This document shows, piece by piece, positions 38,635 to 48,306 of a stretch of DNA of 64,000 nt. Under the pieces are notes generated by a model, which did not search any database, was not told the DNA's origin, and saw nothing but the letters and a program-made list of their open reading frames with translations. Position 1 is the stretch's first letter, and every line of letters starts with the position of its first letter. Made by a program: the position numbers and the translations under genes. The DNA is taken from contig CAVVXN010000005.1 of NCBI GenBank assembly GCA_963752285.1, positions 1,920,001 through 1,984,000 of the forward strand, given 5' to 3'. This DNA is from an uncultured Planctomycetota bacterium (GTDB taxonomy: Bacteria; Planctomycetota; PLA2; JAEUHO01).

Positions 38635-40293
38635 TCAGAGGCCGGCGTCGAAGCCGGGCTCCTCGTCCTTCTGCCGCGGGGGCGGACGCGGCGCGCGGCG
38701 GCGCGCAGCGACGTGGCTGGTGGGCGGCGGCGGCGCGGGCGGCGCGGGCGGCCCGCCCTTCGGCGCCGGCACGTCGAGACCGTTCGCGAACCCGTCGGGC
38801 GCGGCCGGGGGCCGGGCCGGCGGGGCGGGCGGCGGGCCGACCGGCGGGGCGGGCGGCGGGCCGACCGGCGCGGCGGCCGGCAAAACGGACGGCCGCGCGG
38901 GCGCGGCGCGTTCCGGCGCCCGGGGACGGCCGGTCCCCGGGCCGGGCGGCGGGGCGGCCTCCCGCCCGGGCGTCCGGTGGTCCCAGGCTCCGGTCGTCCC
39001 GGACCGCTCGGAAGGCCGGGCCCCCTCGGCGCGGTCGTGCGGCCGGGCGGCCCCCCGCGCATCGGAGGACCCGGACCTCTCAGACGGGCCGGGGCTCTCC
39101 GACGGGCCGGAGCTCCGGGAACGGTCGTGCGCCTCGGCGTGGCCGTTTCCGTCCACCTCGCGCGCGGGCTTCGTGCCCGGCCGGCCGCGGCGTCGGGTGG
39201 GCCGTCCCCGTCCCTCGGGCCGCGACGGCGCGTCCGGCGGCTCGGAACCGGTGTCGAACGCCGCGATCGGGTCCGCGTCCCCGCCGTCCTCCCGGGCCTC
39301 TCGGCCGGCGTCGAAGGGGCCGCCGTCCTCGGACCTGTCGTCCGCCGCGCCGTCGTGGGGCGGGTGGCGGTCGTCCAGCCCGCGTCCCGGCCCGGCCGCG
39401 CCGGCCGGCTCGGGCTCGCCACGTCCACGGCGACGACGCCGGCGGCGGGGCCCCTCCTCCGGCCCCTGGCCGGCCGGGACCGACGCGCCGGCAGGCGGCG
39501 GCGGGGTCGGCGCGGGGGGTTCCGCCCGGCTCGCGACGACCGGGACCTCTCCGACGTCCGACTCGGCGACATCGGCGACGGGCCCACTCCCGCCGCGGCG
39601 GCGGCGACCGCGCCCGCGGCGTTCCCACGCCTCGAGCGCGCGACGCGCGGCCTCCTGCTCGGCCTCCTTCTTCGTGGTGCCGGTGGCGCGGCCCCACTCG
39701 CGTCCGCGGATCAGCGCCGCGACGCGGAAGACCTTCTTGTGGTGGGGTCCCTCCTCCTCGAGCATGCGGTAGGTCGGGGTCGCGCCCGCGCCCTGCTGCA
39801 CCTCGTGCTGGAGGAGGCTCTTGTAGTTCTTGGCGCCTCGGTCGTTCAGCGTGTCCTCGAGCTCGGGGCCGAGGTGTCTGAGGACGAACTCCCGGGCCGG
39901 GTAGATCCCGGCGTCGAGGTAGATCGCCCCGATCACGCTCTCGACGAGGTTCGCGATGACGCTCACCGGGAGCTCGTTTCGCTTTCCGACACCCCGGGCG
40001 AAGCTCGCGAAGCCCGCGAGCCCGAGGTTCATCGAAGCGCGATACAGCGCGCCGCGCGAGACCACCGCCGACTTGATGCGGGTCAGCTCTCCCTCGGCCT
40101 GGTCGGGCAGCAGCCGGTAGAGCTCTTCGGTGACTACGAGCCCGAGAACCGAGTCGCCCAGGAACTCCAGGCGTTCGTTGCACTCCCGGTCCGGCGTCCT
40201 CAACGACGAGTGCGTGAGGGCCACCTCCAGGAGCTCGGGGTTCGCGAAGTGATGTCCGATGACCCGCTGGCACTCCGCCAGCCGATTCTCCAT
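38635..40293 (-). CDS. rnc: Ribonuclease III with a ~330-aa low-complexity C-terminal extension
   Basis: ALTHSS, NERLEFLGDSVL, ESVIGAIYLD, dsRBD (NYKSLLQ...KKEAEQEAA). The ORF continues to a TGA about 30 bp before mfd. Confidence 0.92.
   Translation of the reverse strand: MENRLAECQRVIGHHFANPELLEVALTHSSLRTPDRECNERLEFLGDSVLGLVVTEELYRLLPDQAEGELTRIKSAVVSRGALYRASMNLGLAGFASFARGVGKRNELPVSVIANLVESVIGAIYLDAGIYPAREFVLRHLGPELEDTLNDRGAKNYKSLLQHEVQQGAGATPTYRMLEEEGPHHKKVFRVAALIRGREWGRATGTTKKEAEQEAARRALEAWERRGRGRRRRGGSGPVADVAESDVGEVPVVASRAEPPAPTPPPPAGASVPAGQGPEEGPRRRRRRRGRGEPEPAGAAGPGRGLDDRHPPHDGAADDRSEDGGPFDAGREAREDGGDADPIAAFDTGSEPPDAPSRPEGRGRPTRRRGRPGTKPAREVDGNGHAEAHDRSRSSGPSESPGPSERSGSSDARGAARPHDRAEGARPSERSGTTGAWDHRTPGREAAPPPGPGTGRPRAPERAAPARPSVLPAAAPVGPPPAPPVGPPPAPPARPPAAPDGFANGLDVPAPKGGPPAPPAPPPPTSHVAARRRAPRPPPRQKDEEPGFDAGL
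38817..38870. repeat. 24-bp tandem repeat (2.25 copies) encoding PVGPPPAP in the RNase III tail
   Basis: CCGGCGGGGCGGGCGGCGGGCCGA twice, plus CCGGCG. Confidence 0.8.
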
Positions 40294-40507
40294 CGAATCC
40301 GTGTCCGTGTCCTTGACTCCGCCGATGCGGGATGATGAGGTCCGTTTCGCCGAGGCGACCGCGTGGCGACCGCGCGGCGGGGAAGCACACGGGGACGGGA
40401 CCCGCCGCGGCCATTCGGCCAGACGCGCGGGCCCGGTCCTCGAGGGCCCCCATGGCGCGCCACCCTAGCACGGGATCTCCCCGGGCCCAGGAATCCGACG
40501 CGAACCC

Positions 40508-41470
40508 ATGCGACCCGACGACCGGCCCCCTCCCCCCCGCCGAGGCGCCCTCTCCCCCGGGTCCGGCCCGACGGCCGACGGTCCCGGTCCGGGCCCGAGG
40601 GTCTCCGTCGTGGTCCCGACGTACGAGCGCGCGGCCCTGGTCGTCGAGGCGGTAGCGAGCGTGCTCGGGGGAACGTTCGAGGACCTCGAGGTCCTCGTCG
40701 TGGACGACGGGTCCACGGACGACACGGGGGTACGCGTCCAGGCCCTCGCCGCGGACGACCCGCGGGTCCGCTACGTGAAACAGGAAAACGGGGGCGCCTC
40801 GAGCGCGCGGAACCGGGGTCTCGACCTCGCCCGGGGCGCGTACGTCGCGTTCCTCGACAGCGACGACCTCTACCTCCCCGGGCACCTCGCGTCGCAGGTC
40901 CGCGCGCTCGAAGCCAATCCCGAGGCCGACGTCGTCCTCTGCGACGCGCGCTACGAAGGCGGGTGGAAGGAGGACGGTCAGACGGTGTTCGGCCGTCGCC
41001 ACTTCCGCCCGCCGGTGGACCTGTGCGCGCTCCTCGACGGCGCGTGGGTGCTCCCCTCGACGCTCATGGCGCGGCGCGCGCGCATCGGCGACGTCCGTTT
41101 CGACGAGAGCTACCGCGTCTGCGAGGACCTCGAGTGGCTGTGCCACCTCTACGCCGCGGGGCTTCGCGGCGTCCTCAACCCGGAGGTCCTGACCCGGTAC
41201 CGCCGGCACGGCGCCCAGGCGAACGACGACGACGAGGGCATCCGGCTCGGGACGCTCCGCGTGCTCGAGGCGTACGCGGACCACGCCGGGCGGGTGGGCG
41301 CGCGGCTCCACCGCTACCAGGTCGAACGCCGCCGCGCGACGCACCTCGTCAAGACCGGACGCTGGCGCGAGGCGCGCCCGCACCTCGGGGCGTGGCTGCG
41401 GCGGCGATTCTCGTCGCGGGCGTTCCGGTGGTGGCTCAGGAGCCTCCTCGCGCGCCGCCGGGCGCCCTGA
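40508..41470 (+). CDS. Glycosyltransferase family 2
   Basis: VSVVVPTY, VVDDGSTD, ARNRGL, FLDSDD, EDLEW. Confidence 0.92.
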   Translation: MRPDDRPPPPRRGALSPGSGPTADGPGPGPRVSVVVPTYERAALVVEAVASVLGGTFEDLEVLVVDDGSTDDTGVRVQALAADDPRVRYVKQENGGASSARNRGLDLARGAYVAFLDSDDLYLPGHLASQVRALEANPEADVVLCDARYEGGWKEDGQTVFGRRHFRPPVDLCALLDGAWVLPSTLMARRARIGDVRFDESYRVCEDLEWLCHLYAAGLRGVLNPEVLTRYRRHGAQANDDDEGIRLGTLRVLEAYADHAGRVGARLHRYQVERRRATHLVKTGRWREARPHLGAWLRRRFSSRAFRWWLRSLLARRRAP

Positions 41471-44096
41471 GGGCGCCCCGGGCCATGTTGGCCTCGAGCG
41501 CGCGGAGCCGCCTCGCGACGTAGCGGCTGTCGGGGACCGCGTCGAGCAGACGCGCGAGGGCGGCCGCCTCTCTCTCGTCGTCCCCCGCCGCGTCGGCGAC
41601 GTCGGCCTCCACCCCGAGGAGACGCACGTCGCCCTCGAGGCGGCGCTTCGCGCGGCCGAGCGCCGAGTCGGCGGCGCCCGGTCTCCCGGCGGCCGCGTAC
41701 CGAACGGCGAGGCCGAGGTACACGTCGCCCGCGAATCGACGACAGAATCCGATCGCGGGGTGGAGCGCGACGGCGCGGTCGAGCGCGTCCGTGTCCACGG
41801 GCCGGTCCTCGGCGAGCGCCTCCTCCGCGCGGATCACGGCGTCGAAGGGCGGCGGCGGCTCCCCCCAGAGCGCCGCCACCCACCGCACGCAGGCCCCCAT
41901 CTCGTCGTTCTCCATCTGCCTCGGCGTCGCGTACTCGAGGCGGAGGCCGTCCTCGGTCAGGACGACGCCGTCCCTGGCGGCCGCCTCGAGCGCGTCCGGC
42001 CCGGCCACGCGGAGCATCGCGAGGTCCGGCGCGCCCACGCGCTCCAGGTCGGCCTGGGCCTTCCCCGTGAGCGCGCGCGGGGGGGGCGGGTCGCGCCCGA
42101 CGGTCCCGATCAGGAGGAGGTCGGCTCCGCCGTAGTACAGGTCCGCGCGGAACACGCTGGTGAACGTGCGGACGATGTCGATCAGGTCGTTCTTGCCGAG
42201 CTGGTAGAGGGGCACCCACTGGCACAGCACGCCGCCGGGCGCCAGGCGGTCGCGGCACGCCTCGTACGCCTCCTTCGCGTAGAGGTCGCCGCTGCCGCGC
42301 ACGAAGGGGTGGATCGGGTCGGCGGTGATCACGTCGTAGCGCTCGTCGGTCGCGCGGAGCCAGGTCCGCGCGTCGTCGAGCACGAGGCCGCGCGGGACGA
42401 CGCCGAGGTACGCGGCAGCGCGCGGCACCGCCTCCTCGATCTCCACCACGCGGACGGACCGCGGCGCGTGCGTCTCCACCGCCCGGTAGGTCGTCCCCAT
42501 GCCGAGCCCGACCACGAGGACGGACTGCGGGTCCTCGTGCACGGCCATCGGCACGTGGCCGAGCAGCGCTAGGTGGTGGACGTCGGCGGAGATCATGGAG
42601 CTCGCGACGACCTTCCCGTCCACGCGGAGCCCCGGCGCGCCGTACCAGCGCGTCACGGCCACGGTGGCCTCGCGCCCCCACGCGTAGAACGGCACGTCGT
42701 AGCCTTCGTCCCACCACTCGTCTACGACCTCCCCGTCCCGGATCCACTCGTCGGGCTCGAACCAGACGCCCGCGAGGAGCCGCTCGAGGGCGGGCCCCGA
42801 CGGAGGCACGAAGCCGACCGTCGCGACGAGGGCGAGGAGCGCCACGCCCGGCCGCCGGGCGCCGATCGCGACGGCGCCCGCCACGGCGGTGGCGACGGCG
42901 GCCATCGCGACGGAGGGCCCGAGCGCGGGGACGAGGAGGAACACGGCGAGCGTGGACCCCACGACGGAGGCGAGGGCGTTCGCGGCGAGGAGCCGTCCCG
43001 TCCCGCGACCCTTCCCGGCCGCCGTCGCCACGTGGAGCGCGAGGGGGAAGCTCACACCGAGCCCGATCGCGCCGGGCAGGAGCACGAAGGCCGCGATCGC
43101 GAAGCGCAGCGCGACCGCCGCCTCGAACGTCCGACCGAGGAGCACGTAGCCCTCGAGGTAGAGACGGGGCAGCTCGAACACGAAGAGCGCCGCGAGCGAG
43201 AAGAGCGCGGCCGTGAGGCAGACGGAGAGCTCGAGGCGCCGCGGCGCCTTCTCGCCCGCGAGGCGCGCGCCGAGGAACGAGCCGAGGACGATCCCGAGCA
43301 GGAACACGGCGAGGACCGCGGCGAACGCGTACGTCGTCGCGCCCAAGACGAGCACGAGCGCACGCGTGAACACGACCTCCGCGGCGAGCCCGAGGAACCC
43401 CGAGAGCGCGGCGAGGTGGACCGCGCGCCGCACGGCGCGGCCCTCGACGGACGGGAGCGCAGGCGGCGCCGGCGGAACGACGACGGCCCGCCGGCCGAGG
43501 ACCCACGCGCCGAAGGCGGCCGTGCCCGAGAGGACGGCCGCGGCGCGCATCGTCGTCGCGAGGCCGAGCGACGGGAGGAGGACGAAGGCCGAGAGGAGCG
43601 TCCCGGCGACGCCGCCGAGGGTGTTCACGGCGTAGAGGCGTCCGAGGTCGCGGCCGCGACGCCCGGCGCTCGTCCGGACCGCGGCGGCGGCGGCCGGGAG
43701 CGTCCCGCCCATCAGGATCGTCGGCGGCGCGAGGACGAGGACGGTGACGAGGAACGACCCCGTGAGCACGAGCACGTCGTGCCCCGCGGCCGCGCGGTGG
43801 ATCCCCACGACGAGCGGCGCGGCGGCGGCCAGGAGGAGAGGCGAGAGGACGGCGAAGACGGCGACGCCCGCCTCCAGCCCGGCGTAGAGGAGCGCCGGCC
43901 GTCGCCCGCGGTCCGCGACGCGACCGAGGAGGTGGGCCCCGAGCGCCATGCCGCCGATGACGGCGGCGAGGACGCCCGCGAGCGCGACGGCGGTCGCGCC
44001 GGCGATCTGCGCCATGCGACGGAGCCACGCGATCTCCAGGACGAGCGCGCCGGCCCCCGACAGGAAGAGGAGCGGAAGGAGTCGCCAGGTCGGCAC
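41436..44096 (-). CDS. Fused MFS-like / spermidine synthase-like membrane protein
   Basis: Two TM repeats (LSGAGALVLEIAW; LSGFLGLAAEVVF), then VLVVGLGMGTT, VEIE, DDAR, YDVITADP, LAPGG..QW. Confidence 0.85.
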   Translation of the reverse strand: MPTWRLLPLLFLSGAGALVLEIAWLRRMAQIAGATAVALAGVLAAVIGGMALGAHLLGRVADRGRRPALLYAGLEAGVAVFAVLSPLLLAAAAPLVVGIHRAAAGHDVLVLTGSFLVTVLVLAPPTILMGGTLPAAAAAVRTSAGRRGRDLGRLYAVNTLGGVAGTLLSAFVLLPSLGLATTMRAAAVLSGTAAFGAWVLGRRAVVVPPAPPALPSVEGRAVRRAVHLAALSGFLGLAAEVVFTRALVLVLGATTYAFAAVLAVFLLGIVLGSFLGARLAGEKAPRRLELSVCLTAALFSLAALFVFELPRLYLEGYVLLGRTFEAAVALRFAIAAFVLLPGAIGLGVSFPLALHVATAAGKGRGTGRLLAANALASVVGSTLAVFLLVPALGPSVAMAAVATAVAGAVAIGARRPGVALLALVATVGFVPPSGPALERLLAGVWFEPDEWIRDGEVVDEWWDEGYDVPFYAWGREATVAVTRWYGAPGLRVDGKVVASSMISADVHHLALLGHVPMAVHEDPQSVLVVGLGMGTTYRAVETHAPRSVRVVEIEEAVPRAAAYLGVVPRGLVLDDARTWLRATDERYDVITADPIHPFVRGSGDLYAKEAYEACRDRLAPGGVLCQWVPLYQLGKNDLIDIVRTFTSVFRADLYYGGADLLLIGTVGRDPPPPRALTGKAQADLERVGAPDLAMLRVAGPDALEAAARDGVVLTEDGLRLEYATPRQMENDEMGACVRWVAALWGEPPPPFDAVIRAEEALAEDRPVDTDALDRAVALHPAIGFCRRFAGDVYLGLAVRYAAAGRPGAADSALGRAKRRLEGDVRLLGVEADVADAAGDDEREAAALARLLDAVPDSRYVARRLRALEANMARGALRAPGGARGGS

Positions 44097-44104
44097 GGGC
44101 GACG

Positions 44105-44110
44105 ATCGTA
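44105..44110 (-). promoter_or_regulatory. Putative -10 element TACGAT, leaderless-type
   Basis: 8 nt upstream of GTG 44096. Confidence 0.5.
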
Positions 44111-44140
44111 TCCGGGGGCCTCCGCCCGCCGCCGACCCCG

Positions 44141-44884
44141 TCAGGGGGCCCGGCGCACGCCCACGAAGAGGCGCCGGTCCGCGTCCGGGGCGAACTCGGA
44201 GTGGCGGTACGGGAGCGTCCGGGCGTCGAGCCCGGCGCGGTCCATGAGCTCGAGCCAGACGGACCGCGGGAAGAGGCCGCCCTCGTGGAGGTCCGAGACG
44301 AGCCGCGGTGGGGCGTTTCCCTCCCGGAGGAGGAACGCGAAGGCCGTCAGGACCCGTTCGTCCGCCAAGTCGGGGTCGTACTTCCACTCTAGGTACCGGA
44401 GCGCGCGGCCGTCCCCGTCGTAGCCGCCGTGGTGGGTCGAGGGGCGCCACGTCTCGGCGGTGTCGTCGGGGACGAGGAGCACGACGCCGCCGGGGCGGCA
44501 GTGCACGGCGGCGGTCTCGATCGCACGCCCGAGGTCGTCCCGCGTGGTCATGTACGAGATCGCGTCGTGGACGAAGACCGCGTCGAACGTCCGGCCGAGC
44601 CGCACGTCGCGCATGTCGCCTTGGACGTGCTCCAGGCCGGGGTTGAGCGCCCGGCTCACGGCGAGCATCCCGGGGGCGAGGTCCACGAGCGTCATGCGAA
44701 AGCGCGGCGCGAGGTGGTGGGCGTTGTTGCCGCCGCCGCTCCCGAGCTCGAGGAGGGTGTCGAGCGGGCCCATGGCCGTCGACTCGAGGGCCTGGCGGTA
44801 CAGCGCCGCCTCCTCGGCGTAGTCCTGGAAGCGGCTCAGGATCGGCCACCAGTCGGCGAGCTCCGTGTAGAGGCGGGGCGGCAT
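44141..44884 (-). CDS. Class I SAM-dependent methyltransferase
   Basis: LLELGSGGG, VDLAPGML, GDMR, FDAVFVHDAI, HCRPGG; GAGGAG RBS. Confidence 0.9.
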   Translation of the reverse strand: MPPRLYTELADWWPILSRFQDYAEEAALYRQALESTAMGPLDTLLELGSGGGNNAHHLAPRFRMTLVDLAPGMLAVSRALNPGLEHVQGDMRDVRLGRTFDAVFVHDAISYMTTRDDLGRAIETAAVHCRPGGVVLLVPDDTAETWRPSTHHGGYDGDGRALRYLEWKYDPDLADERVLTAFAFLLREGNAPPRLVSDLHEGGLFPRSVWLELMDRAGLDARTLPYRHSEFAPDADRRLFVGVRRAP

Positions 44885-44916
44885 GCCCCCCACGCTCCTC
44901 CCCGGCGCGCGCGCCG

Positions 44917-46854
44917 TCAAGACGCGGCGGGGCGACCCCCGAGGCGCGGTCCGTCCGACAGGTCGCCGCGCGGGATCGCCTCCAGGAGCTTTTGCGTGTA
45001 CGGGTGCTCGGGGTTCTCGTACAGCTCCTCCGCGGGCTTCATCTCGACGATGTGGCCGCCCCGCTGCCGATCGAGGAGGCGCTGGCGCTCCTCGCCCTCG
45101 AAGAGGTCGGCCATCGTGTGGTCGGGGCACATGACCGCGACGACGTCGGAGACGTACTTCACGACGCCGAGGTCGTGGCTGATGAAGACATACGTGAGGC
45201 CCATCTCGTCCTGGAGGTCGAGCAGGAGGTTGATGACCCCGGCCTGGACCGAGACGTCGAGGGCGCTCACGGCCTCGTCGAGCACGACGAACTCGGGCTG
45301 CACGGCGAGCGTCCGCGCGACGCAGATGCGCTGGCGCTGCCCCCCGGAGAACTCGTGGGGGTACCGGTCGAGGTGCTCGCGCTTCAACCCCACGCGCTCG
45401 AGGAGGGCGGCGGCCTGCTCGCGCCGCTCCTCGACCGTCGGGTACAGGCGGTGGACCTTCATGGGCTCGGTGATCGCCTCCTCGATGGAGAGGCGGGGGT
45501 TCAGGGACGAGTACGGGTCCTGGAAGACGATCTGCATCTTCCGGCGCATCTCCCGCATCTCGCGCCCCGAGAGCTCGGTGAGCTCCTTCCCCTGCCAGCG
45601 AATCGAGGACCCCTCGCGCGGCTCCACGAGACGGAGGATCGTGCGGCCCAGCGTCGTCTTGCCGCAGCCCGACTCCCCCACCAGACCGAGCGTCATCCCC
45701 CGCTTCACGGTGAGATCCACGCCGTCCACGGCCCGGACCCAGTCCACGACGCGCTGGAACACCCCGGCGTGGACGGGGAACCACGTCTTGACGTCCCGGA
45801 GCTCCAGCAGCGGCTCGCCGAACCCGGGCGCGTCCTCGCGGCGCTTCGTGGCCTTGCCGGGGTAGTCGAGATCGAGGTCGGGGTCGCGGGCGTCGAGCAC
45901 GATGCCCCGCTTCTCGGCGCGGAGGAAGTCGTCGATCGTCGGCAGCCGCTCCGAGCGCGACTCGAGCGTGGGACGGCAGCGGATCAGTCCCTTCGTGTAG
46001 GGGTGCTGCGGACTCTGGAAGATGCTCCGGACGCTGCCCACCTCGACGATGTGGCCGCCGCGCGTCGCGTCGGCGGTGCCCGCCTGGGGCGTGCCCCCAT
46101 AGAGCTTCTGGAGCGTCTCCCCCGGGCACATCACGGCAACCGTGTCCGTGATCTCGGCGATCACCCCGAGGTCGTGCGTGATGAACAGCACGGCCATGTT
46201 GCGCTCGCGCTGGAGCCGGAGGATCAGCTCGAGGATCTGCTTCTGGATCGTGACGTCGAGGGCGGTCGTCGGCTCGTCGCAGATCAGGAGCTTCGGGTCG
46301 CAGGCGAGGGCCATCGCGATCATGATGCGCTGACGCATGCCGCCCGAGAGCTCGTGAGGGAACTGCGCCATGCGCTGCTCGGGATGGTCGATGCCCACCT
46401 CGTGGAGCAGCTCGGTGGCCCGCGCCCACGCGGCCTCCTTCGAATAGCCCTGGTGGATGCGCAGCGGCTCCGCGACCTGCCAACCGCACCGGAACACCGG
46501 GTTCAGGCTGGTCATCGGCTCCTGGAAGATCATCGCGATGTCGTTGCCGCGAATCCGCGGGAGGCGCTCGATGGGCAGGTGAGCGAGGTCCACGGGCTGG
46601 TCGCCGCCGTACCACCAGATCGAACCGCCGACGATCTCCCCCTGTCCCTCGGGAATCAGGCGGAGGACGGAGTACGCCGTAACGGACTTGCCCGAGCCCG
46701 ACTCGCCTACGACGCCGAGCGTCTCGCCGCGACCGATCTCGAGGCTCACGCCGTCCACGGCCTTCACGATGCCGCCTTCGGTGTGGAAGAAGGTCTGGAG
46801 GTTCTCGATCCGGAGCAGGAGGCCCGGTCTCGTGGCGGTCGCGGCTTCGCTCAT
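44917..46854 (-). CDS. Peptide ABC transporter ATP-binding protein, two NBDs (YejF-like)
   Basis: GESGSGKS and [16 protein letters not shown] and [12 protein letters not shown] twice. Confidence 0.92.
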   Translation of the reverse strand: MSEAATATRPGLLLRIENLQTFFHTEGGIVKAVDGVSLEIGRGETLGVVGESGSGKSVTAYSVLRLIPEGQGEIVGGSIWWYGGDQPVDLAHLPIERLPRIRGNDIAMIFQEPMTSLNPVFRCGWQVAEPLRIHQGYSKEAAWARATELLHEVGIDHPEQRMAQFPHELSGGMRQRIMIAMALACDPKLLICDEPTTALDVTIQKQILELILRLQRERNMAVLFITHDLGVIAEITDTVAVMCPGETLQKLYGGTPQAGTADATRGGHIVEVGSVRSIFQSPQHPYTKGLIRCRPTLESRSERLPTIDDFLRAEKRGIVLDARDPDLDLDYPGKATKRREDAPGFGEPLLELRDVKTWFPVHAGVFQRVVDWVRAVDGVDLTVKRGMTLGLVGESGCGKTTLGRTILRLVEPREGSSIRWQGKELTELSGREMREMRRKMQIVFQDPYSSLNPRLSIEEAITEPMKVHRLYPTVEERREQAAALLERVGLKREHLDRYPHEFSGGQRQRICVARTLAVQPEFVVLDEAVSALDVSVQAGVINLLLDLQDEMGLTYVFISHDLGVVKYVSDVVAVMCPDHTMADLFEGEERQRLLDRQRGGHIVEMKPAEELYENPEHPYTQKLLEAIPRGDLSDGPRLGGRPAAS

Positions 46855-48269
46855 CGGAGCCTCGAGTAGAGCTTCGGGTCGAACGCCTCACGGACGGCCT
46901 CGCCGACCATGACGACGCAGAAGAGGGTCGCCGCGAGCGCGAGGATCGGGAACAGCACGAGCTCGGGGTAGTTCGCCACGTTCTCCGCGCCCTGGTTCAG
47001 GAGGCGCCCCCACGACGGGGTGCCCACGGGGAGCCCGAAGCCGAGGTAGTCGAGCGCCACGAGGGTGCTGATGTAGCCGACGACCTGGAAGGGCATGAAG
47101 GTCACGACCGGCACGAGGGCGTTCGGGAAGATGTGGCGCGCCAGGATCTTCGGCGTGCGAACGCCGAGGGCCCGCGCGGCCTGCACGTAGTCGAGCGAGC
47201 GCTCGCGGTAGTACTCGCCGCGCATCGTGTACGTGATGCCGGTCCAGCCCTGGAGCAGCACGAGGAGGAGCGCGAGGAGCAGGAACGACGGCGTGACGAC
47301 GCTCGCGAAGATCATGATGACGTAGAGGAACGGGATCGCCTCCCAGACCTCGATCACGCGTTGCGTCACGATGTCGATCCACTTGCCGAAGTAACCCATC
47401 ACGGCGCCGACCGCGATGCCGATCGAGAACCCGAGCACCGCCACCACGATCGCGAACGCGAACGACACGCGGAACCCGTAGAGGATCTGCGAGAGGACGT
47501 CCTTTCCCTCGAAGTCGGTTCCGAGGATCGGGATGCGGGGGTCGTCGCCAAACGCGCGCTGCGGGGGCGAGCCGGGGAGATCGAGGAGCTGCTCCGTCGG
47601 GGCGTACGGGTAGAGCGGCATCCAGATGGAGGCCTTCCCCGCCGCGAAGTCCTGCCGGAGCGCCCGGTAGAAGGCCGCCTGGGTGTGGAGCGCGTCGAGC
47701 GACGCGGTGGCCTCCTTGGAGAGCGGCGAGGTCGTATCGTAGGTGTCGCCCCGCTCCTTCGCCGCCTTCGCGAGCTCGGCGCGGACCGTCGCCTCCTCGG
47801 TCTTCGCCTCTTCCTCGAACCCGCGCGCCTTCTCCTCGAGCGTGGACGGGTCCGCGACCCAGCGCGCGTAGTCGCGGTACGGGACCTCGCCCTTGCCCTC
47901 GAGCCCGAACTGGTCGGCCACGGCGCGAGCGTCCCGCTCCAGGTGGAGGAAGGGGACCCACGAGAGCCAGTCGGCCACGGCCGGGCACAGGCGATGGTCG
48001 CCGTAGCGGATGTAGAGGGGCTTGTCGTTCACGTAGAGCTCGAGAAAGAGGCTCAGGACGAAGCCCGTGGTGACGATCAGGAAGCAGACGTACCCGCGCC
48101 GGATGCGGCGGAAGCGCTCGATGCGCTTCGCCGTGAGCGGCGTCGGCCGCATGCGGAAGCCGAGGAGCCGGCCGAGGCGGACGATCAGCCACGGCAGGAC
48201 GCGCCGCGTCACGAACAGCCCGGCGAGCAGGATCAGCGCGAAGGCGACGAGCCTGAGGACGACGCTCAC
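46851..48269 (-). CDS. Peptide ABC transporter permease (YejE/OppC-like)
   Basis: RFRRIRRGY, NDKPL, LGTDFEGKDV, DYVQAARALG, LDYLGFGLP..PSWG, GEAVREAFDP. Confidence 0.9.
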   Translation of the reverse strand: MSVVLRLVAFALILLAGLFVTRRVLPWLIVRLGRLLGFRMRPTPLTAKRIERFRRIRRGYVCFLIVTTGFVLSLFLELYVNDKPLYIRYGDHRLCPAVADWLSWVPFLHLERDARAVADQFGLEGKGEVPYRDYARWVADPSTLEEKARGFEEEAKTEEATVRAELAKAAKERGDTYDTTSPLSKEATASLDALHTQAAFYRALRQDFAAGKASIWMPLYPYAPTEQLLDLPGSPPQRAFGDDPRIPILGTDFEGKDVLSQILYGFRVSFAFAIVVAVLGFSIGIAVGAVMGYFGKWIDIVTQRVIEVWEAIPFLYVIMIFASVVTPSFLLLALLLVLLQGWTGITYTMRGEYYRERSLDYVQAARALGVRTPKILARHIFPNALVPVVTFMPFQVVGYISTLVALDYLGFGLPVGTPSWGRLLNQGAENVANYPELVLFPILALAATLFCVVMVGEAVREAFDPKLYSRLR

Positions 48270-48306
48270 GATGTCCGGACCTCCTCCGTTCGGTCGCGCA
48301 TGGCCG

